Assembly: GCA_013265495.1 (NCBI GenBank)
Contig: MU058424.1
Coordinates: 62,001-126,000, forward strand
From: Vicugna vicugna
Taxonomy: Eukaryota
Reading direction: 5' to 3'
Length of the DNA stretch: 64,000 nt
The position numbers were made by a program, and so were the translations under genes. Within the stretch, counting starts at the first letter, position 1; each line of letters starts with the position of its first letter. Positions 39,194-48,568 of this stretch are shown here, piece by piece. Under the pieces are notes generated by a model. The model was not told where the DNA came from and searched no databases. It saw only the letters and a program-made list of their open reading frames with translations.

Positions 39194-39951
39194 CATCGCA
39201 TCTCCAAGATATTTCAGGAAAGAGCTAAAGTATTGGCTAACACTTTTGTACCAAAATTTTGTGTGTTTTCTTTTTAGTTAATTGGTTGATTAATTTATTA
39301 ATGTTAATTTTTTTTATTGGAATGTTGAGATTGACCTCAAGGCTAATTGCATTTTAGAGGTTGTCATCTACGATTTTTGCCCAAGGTGCAGTATCCTGCT
39401 ACAGCTAGAACTGGTTGGCACCTAAAACTGAGTAAACCATCACCGTGACTATCAAGTGGACAGTATTTTGGTTCAGTAGAAAATGAAAGAGCTCAAAAAG
39501 AGGAAGAATGTTACTTGGACTACCGCTTCAAAGTGATAGTACTCTGACAAATTTCTCAGTTATCACAATTCCAACTTTTGGGGAAACTCACTGTTATGGA
39601 ATGAGTGTTTCACACAGAGTTAATTATATACAGTATTATGTCAGTTCGAGATGGGCCAAGTTTTAATGGCAGTAATAAATGCAAAACCTATTAAGCTTAA
39701 GTCAACAAAGATTTATTTCTTGCACATACCGCCCAGTCTTAGAACTCCAAAAGAAAATGCTCTTTTGCCATAACTTGTTATATCATAATTCAAGAGACAG
39801 CACAAAATAAAAAAAAAATTCAACTGAGGAGCTGATAATGGGATTTCCCATCTTAATGATGACTCTTTTTCACAAAATAAGGACCTATAGAAAATAGAGA
39901 ACATAAGGGGAATATTAATGGTGATCTAGTTTTAAAACATGGTTCTAATAA

Positions 39952-40080
39952 GTGAGGAGGGTATAGCTCAAGTGGTAGAGTGCATGCTTAGCATGCAGGA
40001 GGTCCTGGGTTCAATCCCCAGTACCTCCTCTAAGAATAAACAAATAAGTAAATCTAATTGCCCCCCCCAACAACAACAGA
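39952..40080 (+). mobile_element. tRNA-Ala-derived SINE (Vic-1-like)
   Basis: gagggtatagctcaagtggtagagtgcatgcttagcatgcaggaggtcctgggttcaatccccagtacctcc. 18-bp TSD aaaacatgg(t/c)tctaataa at 39934-39951 and 40081-40098, at a TT/AAAA L1-endonuclease site. Confidence 0.93.
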
Positions 40081-40944
40081 AAAACATGGCTCTAATAAAA
40101 TGTAACTTCATTAAAATCCCCAGAGGTGGCTATGTTAATGTTAGGTCTTGATCTAGTGACAGACCTTGGAAAAGTATTTATAGGCTATCAAAGATGTCAT
40201 AATCCCAAAGTGGACAAGTGGTAACAATTTCATTAATTTTGTAGGTAGTAAAAGTAATTTACCAACAAACTACTGGAGTATTTTATGATGACCTCTTAGT
40301 GCTTCTTAGCATTCTTAGGTAGTATGTTTTCCACTGATGATTATTGTCTGAAAATTATTATTCAGTTATGTGAGATAGTGCCCTGGAATCTAGTTTTTTA
40401 CAAAGCTCCCCAGCAGATTTTGATGCAATTAGCCCACACCATGGACACTTAAAAAAAAAAAAAGAAAGCTGTATTTTTGACTTGGTGAATGGAAATACAA
40501 AGGAACAGAATGTAAATAAAAGGTTAGTGGCACTAATAAAACATTCAATTCAGTATAAATTGAAGATTATTTTAAACCATAAGCCTATGGTGTTATTTTA
40601 TGACTCAGTCTGTAGTTCTAATTTCTACTCATGGCTCTGCCACTAACTTCCTATGCAATTTCAGATAAGTCACTTTAACTTCAGCTTCTTCTGTAAAATG
40701 AAGGCAAGTAGACTATTAGTGAAGATCCCTAGTTCTTTAGAATATGGGGTTTTAACTCCATATTTCCTTGAAATTTCCCAGTTATCTTAAAGGAATGTGT
40801 GGGATATGTATAGGGGTCAGATGTTTAATGTAAGATCTTGGTGGTAATTATTATGGAGAGAAATGTCTGGCCTTGTCCAAAAATGCTTTGCCTTAAAAAA
40901 AAATGCCCACTATTTCTAGGGAAGGTCAGTAGCCTGCAGAGTAC

Positions 40945-41476
40945 AGACAGGGGTTCAGGACATGCTAGTGCAAAATATGGCGCCTTGGCACATTGAATAT
41001 TTCAAGAGTGAGGAATTTGAGAAATAGCATGTGTGGTAAGGACTGTCTGATCTTCCAATTAAGCAGGTCACAAAACATAGGGAGGACATTCTTACCTTCC
41101 CCTGAAATAGGTCACAAAACCCTTACGTGAGAGGTGACCTTTCTATACCCAGAAGAAAGATGCCTCCTGATTTCTAAAGACAAAGGGACACAGAAATCTG
41201 AATAAACAGGCCTTGCTAAGTTTCCTTCAGTTTATTGCACTCACTTCATATCCTTTGTCCCACCCATGACTTCCTGCTCTCCATCAAGTCTAACAGAAAA
41301 CCCCTCAGGTTTAAGAATTCCTTCAGGTCTTTATTCCTTATGAAGGCTCCCGTAGCACATAAAACTTAGATTATAGAAGCTTGTATGCTTTTTACTTCTT
41401 AATCTGTGTTTCATGATAGATGCCCTAGGTGAGAACTCAGAAGGGAAAAGTAAAAAGGTATTTTCCTGCTGCTACA
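40945..41476 (+). mobile_element. MER39/MER34-like ERV1 solo LTR
   Basis: gttcaggacatgct..caaaatatggcgccttggcacattgaatattt..gaatttgagaaat; gtgagaggtgacctttctatacccag; aatctgaataaacaggccttgctaag; ends ctaca. Confidence 0.78.
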
Positions 41477-43040
41477 GAATGTGTATCATGGTTGAGCAAG
41501 TCATGGGGTCTGGGGTCAGATATTTGCAGATCATATCAACCTGTTGAAGACTAGTTCATCTGAACATGATCTCAGATAGATTAAGTACAGCATGGACTAA
41601 ATGATAAAACGAGAGAGTACAGGGAAAGCAAAACTACGCATCACATCAAAGTAGGATCCTGACACGCTTTTATTCCAGTGGTTTATATACGGTCTTAGCA
41701 CGTCACTTGTGCCCCTCTTATTAATAAGAAAATGGCAGAGAGGTATTAGGGAACCACTCAGTTTAATTTGGGAAAGTTGCTTAAATTGGAGAGTGTGAAT
41801 TAGCTTTGACCCAGAGAAAGAGCTGAACTGAAAACCCTGAGGTTTGTGGCTCTAAACAAACCCTTGATGTATTCCTACCAAAGACAACATGACTGAGGTT
41901 ACCCAAGAGATCACTTTGCTACAAAGCACTGCCAGCTATGCACAAGGTAAAATTACAAGACATAATTTATCTGCAGCACTCTTCAAATACTTTCACCTCC
42001 AGCTTCCAACTCCCGATACTATACTGGAATTGTGTGAGGTCAACGCAGGCTATAAAAGCCTTCAAATTTAAGTATCTAATATGTGAAAGCTATTTGGGGG
42101 ACTAAAAATATAAACGATACATAGTGCCACCCATTAAGATGGTCATGCTCATTATTTAGTGGGGAAAAAAATGCCGCAAGAGATGCTAACAACAATCAAA
42201 CTTAAGGTACAGAGAAGCCTTCCTTAACTAAAATACCCCAATTTCTAAAATAATCGCTTTCCCCAATTCCCATAGAGTATTGCAATCTATCTACCAGAGT
42301 GCACTAAGAATACTGATTTTTTAAAAATCCTCTTTGAGAGTGGCGTCATTTGAAGTTCTCTTTAAACCTAAAAATTCCTTAGCAAAGTTCATTCAGCAGT
42401 AAAGGGCCCCTCTGGACCTTCAAGTTTAAATGTGAAAGTCTAAATCTTTGCTCCACAACCAACGGTCGCTCTCCCACCCTCCAAAGCTGAGGAAATCAAA
42501 TGCCTTGGAACCGAATGTTTTAGTGATTCAGATCACTTAAGTGAAAACAGAAATAACCTGGGCAGGAAAATGCGCACGTTTTTTAAGAGCTTGGGGATTG
42601 CAAACATGGGGAAACGCCGCCACCTATAGGTAAGGGATGGGATCATCAGAGGGGAAAAAAAAAAACAACCCTACGGAAACCTTCAGGATAAGCAGCTGCT
42701 TTCATTTCGAAGCATCAAGCTGCGCCACTCCAGCGTCCGCAGACGAGGTCGGCCCCTCCCGGCTGTTCCGACCACTCAGCGCGCCCTGCGCAACGTGATT
42801 GACAGGGCAACAGCCCAATCCGTTACCTAAACTCATCCCTTGGGAAACAGCGACCCGATGCTCCCGGAAGCTCGGGGTCCGCGCTCTCCCAGCATCCTTT
42901 GCCTTCCGGCTCTGCTCGGGCCCCTCGGGCCAGTCCCGCCTTGCGCGCCCATTTCGATCCCGAGTGTCAAGCGCGACTCTCCGGACTTGAGCCTCCCGCG
43001 CACGTTTTCCAGGACTGGGTTCTTGGCCAGGGGGCCAGAA

Positions 43041-43211
43041 ATGGCGCAGCTGGAGGGTTACTACTTCTCGGCCGCCCTGAGCTGTACCTTTTTAGTGTCC
43101 TGCCTCCTCTTCTCGGCTTTCAGCCGGGCGCTGCGAGAGCCCTACATGGACGAGATCTTCCACCTGCCGCAGGCGCAGCGCTACTGTGAGGGCCGTTTCT
43201 CCCTCTCGCAG
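43041..43211 (+). CDS. ALG10: ALG10/ALG10B alpha-1,2-glucosyltransferase, coding exon 1 (57 aa)
   Basis: gaaATGg strong Kozak; MAQLEGYYFSAALSCTFLVSCLLF..EPYMDEIFHLPQAQRYCEG..SQ; donor CAG|GTGGGG at 43211/43212, phase 0. Confidence 0.96.
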
Positions 43212-43356
43212 GTGGGGCCTCCAGCCTGTCCCGCCCTGGACACGCTAGAGAGGGCGGCCCCGGCCCAGCGCCACTGTCGGGGCCGTTTCTCCCGCTCGCA
43301 GGTGGGGCCTCCAGCCTGTCCCGCCCAGGACACGCTAGAGAGGGCGGCCCCGGCCC
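43176..43356 (+). repeat. 90-bp tandem duplication spanning the exon 1 donor
   Basis: 43176-43265 vs 43266-43355 align without gaps, 5 mismatches. Confidence 0.97.
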
Positions 43357-43889
43357 TGGCGCTGGTTTCTCCCACCTTTATCCTTAGCTCCTGCCGCTTG
43401 AAACAGGAAAGAAACTGGGTTCTTTATCTCTGTTCCTGTCTCTGAGATCTGTGAAATATCTGCTAAATAAATGAGTAAACAGTAGATCTGTCTCTAGGAA
43501 GAAATGCTCTGGGAGATTAACTGATGGGGAACTGAGTTACTGCCCCTCTTGTTGGCAACGGATAGCCTAGTTTTTCTTTGCCAGTTCAGGGGTTAAGAGA
43601 CAATAGATTACTCCCAGGAAATACAGGAAAACTTCGGTTTAGCTCACCTGTCAGGCACCTCACTGTGGATTTTAGGAATTGGGTAGGAGGGGCAGGAGGG
43701 AATCCACAGCCTCTGAGAAGTGATATGTTACATTAATTCCGTCGTTGGTGTTTTTAGCGACCGTCTGTTAACCGGATTAACTGGCAACTAGTGAAGTGCC
43801 AGGATGTTTGAATATATATTTTGCTACGTAGATATAGAGGTACAGGTACAAAAATAAACATATTATCCGTCCCTTCTGGTAAAGGGTAT

Positions 43890-44100
43890 TATAGAGTAGT
43901 GGTTCGAAATACAAAATCTGTAGTTAAACCTGCTTTTAAATCTTGGCGCTGTAATGTACTAGTCATGTGGCTTGGATATTTTCTGAGTTTCGGGTTACTC
44001 TTATCTGAAAGTGACAGTAAAAGGCTAAGTACTTTAGGGCTTGTTGCAGGATTGAATTCAGAGGGCTTAGCACAGTTCCGGGCTCAGTACATGGTAGCAG
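43890..44100 (+). mobile_element. MIR SINE remnant in intron 1
   Basis: gtagtggttc..tttaaatcttggcgctg..tactagtcatgtgg..ttatctgaaagtg..gggcttgttgcaggattgaat..cttagcacagttccgggctcagta. Confidence 0.6.
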
Positions 44101-44485
44101 TCATGGAGCCTGTGGTTTAATCCCTTCAAACACTTTGATCTCTAAGCCCGTCAGAGTTCCAGTGGATGTTTCCAGCCTTTCTAAAACTGGAGCATTTGCA
44201 ATTTAATCACCAAAACTACAGGCCTTCTAAAGAGTGTGTCTTGGAAAATAGAAACTGAGTTCAGGTTGTTGCCTACTGGTTGCTGATACCTTAAGAGTCA
44301 CAGAGCGAGTACAGGTGCAAAACATAAGCAACACTTTTCTTTAGAGGAGGTATTTGATTTGTCGTAGGATACCTTCCCCAAATGCCTGATCGTTGGTAAA
44401 GATGTGTTTGCGCTCAGTATCTTTATGTCTGTCTTACTGGTATTACCTCTTGCTCTTGCTTCATTATCGGCCTTTTATTTTTAAG

Positions 44486-44683
44486 TGGGACCCCATGATT
44501 ACTACATTACCTGGCTTATACCTGCTGTCAGTCGGAGTGGTCAAACCTGCCAGTTGGATCTTTGGATGGTCAGAACATGTTGTCTGCTCCATTGGAATGC
44601 TCAGATTTGTAAATCTTCTCTTCAGTGTTGGCAACTTCTATTTATTATATTTGCTTCTTCGCAAGGTGCAACCCAGACACAAG
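44486..44683 (+). CDS. ALG10: ALG10 coding exon 2 (66 aa)
   Basis: Acceptor ccttttatttttaag|TGG; WDPMITTLPGLYL...CSIGMLRFVNLLF..KVQPRHK; donor AAG|GTTTGT; 198 nt, phase 0. Confidence 0.96.
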
Positions 44684-44904
44684 GTTTGTGTTCAGAATAA
44701 TTTACTGTAAGCTTATGTACAGTCATCGACAGTTATGATGAATTGGTTTTATGAAATTGATGAAAAATGTATTCAATCCTTAGTATTTGTGTATCTTTTG
44801 TAAAGATGAAGCAAGTCCCCTACCCCCATTTTAGAAGGTATTTCTAAAATACTTGAATAACTCATATTTACTTATAAAATCTATAAAGTAAATTTTTATG
44901 AATT

Positions 44905-45760
44905 AAACCAGTTCAGTAACTATTTACTGAGCTTATTTCGTGTGCTAAGCACTGGGACTACAGACGTGTAAGTAGGGCAATCTCTTTCTTATAAAACTTC
45001 TATCTTCGTTAGGGGAAACAGACTTTACCTGAAGAATTTTTATGTGGTTTAAGAATACAGACCCTGGAGATGAATTACCTGGGTTTGAATTCTATCCATT
45101 TACTAATTGTGGAACTTTGGGCAGTTTACCCCTTAGTGACTCTATGTTTTTGTCTGTTAAATGGGAAAAATACAGAGTCTACATCATAGGACTCTTCTGA
45201 AGAGTAAAGGAGCTTAATCAATGGAAGGTGCTCAGAATACTGCCTGATATAATAGTAAAGACTCAGTAAGTGTTAATTATAATAATTATTTTTAACTTAG
45301 GTGATTTCAATGGTGTAAGTTATGAGAGGGGGATAAATGTGAAAGGTTATAAGGATACAGAGAAGGAGCAGAGGAGCACTTGTTGCAGCCTAACTGGGAG
45401 GGAGAGGTGTGGGTGGCACTGGGTGAGGCTTCTCAGAGAAGATGGCACCTGAGCTGAATCAACAGATAGGGCTAGAATTGGAATGACTGCCAGCAGGAGA
45501 AATAGCATGACCAGTAGCAGAAAGGCATTGAGCAACAGGATGCAGGGAATTGCTATCTGAAATCATAAGATTATAAAATACAGAAGTCGTAGGGGAGAGG
45601 TCATGAATATCTTTATGTTATAGAAGGTTTTTTGGCCTTTATCTGGTAGGTGATGGACAGCTCTTGATTTTAATTAAGGGAACTGCGTGATCTGGCTTGG
45701 TGATTTAGAGTAAGTGGGAGGTGGAATTCAAGGGCATAAGAATACTTTCAAACTCTGAAG
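44905..45760. mobile_element. L2 and MIR remnants in intron 2
   Basis: ttcagtaactatttactgagc..tgtgctaagcactggg (L2 end); cctgggtttgaattctatcc..tttactaattgtggaactttgggcag..aaatggg (MIR); ggcttctcagagaagatggcacctgagctg (L2). Confidence 0.65.
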
Positions 45761-46341
45761 TAATCTGTCAGGGCAAAAGAAGATACTTAACTTTAGACTG
45801 GGCCCACTATTTTCAGGAAGATCTCTGTAATTTCATCACGGACTAGTAAGATCACTGGGTATGGTGGTATAAATGCTATATGCATACGTATATTCTCTCT
45901 GGTGCAGTTTTGAAGGAATATCTTTAAAAGAAATTGGTGGTGGTGGCCCAGTGAATGCTTATGGACGGCACTAGGACGTAAGCTCACCGAAATGGAACCA
46001 CCCACACTGTGTCCCATTCACGCCCGTGTTCCCCGTAGAATTGCGTTCAGTGTCGTGAACAGTGTCACTCCTTAACTACTTGTTGAACGACTCCAAGTAT
46101 TTTAGGCTGTAGAAGCTTTGACAGAGACGTGCAATGTTTTATTGGCTTCCGAGCTAAAAAGTATCAGAAAGTGCTCTCATAAATACATACTGTGTTTCTG
46201 CAATGTCAGAAATTAGATTAATATTGAATAATTTTATTTAAGTAAGTAAGATTCAGGCCTTTTTTTTTATGTAGTAAATGTCTTCTCTAGCTGAGCAGAA
46301 GTAGCCTGTTTATTGTGAACTGTGTTTTCTCTTCCTCGTAG

Positions 46342-47397
46342 GCCGCCTCAAGTGTCCAGAGAATCTTGTCCACAGTAACGTTAGCAATATTTCCCACGCT
46401 CTATTTTTTTAACTTCCTTTATTATACAGAAGCAGGATCCATGTTTTTCACTCTTTTTGCCTACTTGATGTGTCTTTATGGAAATCATAAAACTTCAGCC
46501 TTGCTTGGATTTTGTGGCTTCATGTTTCGTCAAACAAACATCATCTGGGCTGTCTTCTGCGCTGGAAATGTCATCGCACAGAAGTTAACAGAAGCCTGGA
46601 AAACTGAGCTGCAGAAGAAGAAGGAAGAGAGGCTCCCCCCTGTTAGAGGACCGTTTTCAGAATTCAGGAAAATCCTTCGCTTTCTGCTGGCGTACTCCAT
46701 GTCGTTTAAGAACCTGAGTGCGCTCTTGCTCCTGACCTGGCCCTACGGCCTCCTCGCGCTGCTCTTCTGCGCCTTTGTGGCCGTCAACGGCGGGGTGGTG
46801 ATTGGCGACAGGAGCAGCCATGAAGCCTGTCTGCACTTTCCCCAGCTGTTCTACTTTTGCTCTTTTACTCTCTTTTTTTCCTTTCCTCACCTCTTGTCTC
46901 TTAGCAAGATCAGGGCTTTTCTCTGCTTGGTGTGGAAACGGAAACTTCAGTTTTTTGCAGTGACTTTAGTCTCCATATTTTTAGTTTGGAGATTTACTTA
47001 TGCTCATAAGTACTTGCTAGCAGACAACAGACATTACACCTTCTACGTGTGGAAGAGAGTTTTCCAAAGACACGAAATTGTGAGATATTTGTTAGTTCCA
47101 CTCTACATATTTGCTGGTTGGAGCATAGCGGACTCACTGAAGTCAAAGCCCATTTTCTGGAATTTAATGTTTTTTGTGTGCTTATTTGCTGTTACAGTAC
47201 CTCAGAAATTGCTAGAATTTCGTTACTTCATTTTACCTTATGTCATTTATAGACTTAACATACCCCTGCCGCCCACATCCAGGCTTGTCTGTGAGCTGGG
47301 CTGCTATGCAGTCGTCAATTTCCTGACTTTTTACATCTTCCTGCACAAGACTTTTCAGTGGCCAAACAGTCCGGACACTCAGAGGTTCATGTGGTAA
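46342..47397 (+). CDS. ALG10: ALG10 coding exon 3 (351 aa + stop)
   Basis: Acceptor ttttctcttcctcgtag|GCC; in frame with ORF 46366-47397. ALG10/DIE2 motifs FLYYTE, FRQTNIIW, NGGVVIGDRSSH, LADNRHYTFYVW, LLEFRYF, QRFMW; stop TAA followed by TAG. Confidence 0.97.
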   Translation, partial: AASSVQRILSTVTLAIFPTLYFFNFLYYTEAGSMFFTLFAYLMCLYGNHKTSALLGFCGFMFRQTNIIWAVFCAGNVIAQKLTEAWKTELQKKKEERLPPVRGPFSEFRKILRFLLAYSMSFKNLSALLLLTWPYGLLALLFCAFVAVNGGVVIGDRSSHEACLHFPQLFYFCSFTLFFSFPHLLSLSKIRAFLCLVWKRKLQFFAVTLVSIFLVWRFTYAHKYLLADNRHYTFYVWKRVFQRHEIVRYLLVPLYIFAGWSIADSLKSKPIFWNLMFFVCLFAVTVPQKLLEFRYFILPYVIYRLNIPLPPTSRLVCELGCYAVVNFLTFYIFLHKTFQWPNSPDTQRFMW

Positions 47398-47552
47398 TAG
47401 CAGGGTTATCTGGAGCTCCAGAAATAGACTTATTATTTAGACTATTTTCATAATGAAAATTGAGTAAGTAGAAATTTTGGAATTTCTTTTGGGCACCATG
47501 GTGAGCCTCAGATCATAAGACTTTTTTTAATGTTTTAAATATCAAACATTTT

Positions 47553-47617
47553 AAATATATGTATATACACATATATATGTGTGTGTGTATATATATATAT
47601 ATATGCATATATATATA
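47553..47617. repeat. Compound (TA)n/(TG)n microsatellite in the 3' UTR
   Basis: Direct reading. Confidence 0.9.
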
Positions 47618-48135
47618 AAATCTAAGGCAGTGAAGTGATAAAAAACAGAAAAGTTTTAAGACATGCTCCATAAGCCTGAAAAATGATGGGAAAATAAAAT
47701 TATTTGCAGCTATCTCATGGTATTTCTTTGATACTCTTGGCCACTCAAAAAGCTTGGAAGCTTTTTACACCAAATTTAAGAAACCTGGGTGTACTTTGTG
47801 GTGCTGGAACTTACTCATTCTCTTCCAAAAGAAGTAGCAAAGCCTTTGAAAAATATTTACAGATGATGAGATAATAGTCTTGACTGAAAAGTTGTTTAAT
47901 ATTTTAATGAATATAATTTTAAGTGTAAGGCAAAACAGACTCACATAGATAGTGCATGTTATAAAATTAGAGGCTCTTCTGTGTTTATCTAGAAATCAAG
48001 TTGCTGATTTTTGTTAAAAATCTAGGAATGATGGAAGTCCTCTCACTGTTCCTAATGTGAAAATATGATAGCCAAAGATAAGTTGTGTTGATGATAACAC
48101 TTTTTAAAGGGGATTTGCTTCCTGAAATACATCAC

Positions 48136-48568
48136 TGTATTAGTTTCCTATGGCTGCCATGGCCATTACAGATTACCACGTATTTGGTGGCTTAAAAAAA
48201 TGTCTGTCACCGTTCTGGAGGCCAGAAGTCTAAAATTAAGATGTCAGCAGTGTTAGTGACTCCTGGAGGCTCTGAAAGGTAACCCATCCCGTGCTCTCCT
48301 GCCTTCCGGTGTTGGAAATGCTTGGTGGTCCTCGGTTTACAGGTGCGTCACCCCCGTCCCTGCCTCTGTCTTCACATGCCTTCCTCTCTGTCTTCCTTCT
48401 CTTACAAGGACAGTGTCTTTGGATTTAGGGCCCACCCTGATCCAGGATGACCGCGTGTCCAGAGCTTTAACTTAATAATATCTGCAAAGACTCTCTTTGC
48501 CATATGAGGTCGTATGTTCAGATTCCGAGTATACCTATCTTTTGGGGGGCACTTTTCAACCCACCAAA
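48136..48568 (-). mobile_element. MLT1-type MaLR solo LTR
   Basis: tgtattagtttcctatggctgcc..ggtggcttaaa..gttctggaggccagaagtc..cttacaaggaca..ggatttagggcccaccct..tctgcaaagac..ttcaacccac. Confidence 0.9.

Larger units (their letters stand above)
42700..43400 (+). promoter_or_regulatory. ALG10: CpG-island promoter / 5' UTR of ALG10
   Basis: Sharp rise in GC and CpG density over exon 1; CCAAT at 42815-42819; ETS-like CCGGAAG at ~42864; no TATA box. Confidence 0.85.

Noticed and set aside
39952..40030. Apparent tRNA-Ala(AGC) gene (also 4850-4925, 30913-30990, 63523-63590)
   Set aside because: Mismatches in the acceptor and anticodon stems, a shared SINE tail, A-rich ends and TSDs show these are tRNA-derived SINEs.
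42840..43445. 201-aa ORF as a stand-alone gene
   Set aside because: It starts at TTG and is ALG10 5' UTR + exon 1 + read-through into intron 1.
44666..44683. Alternative in-frame donor AAG|GTGCAA, 18 nt inside exon 2
   Set aside because: Poor match at +4 to +6 and no supporting evidence.
44393..44710. 105-aa ORF
   Set aside because: ALG10 exon 2 with in-frame intronic flanks.
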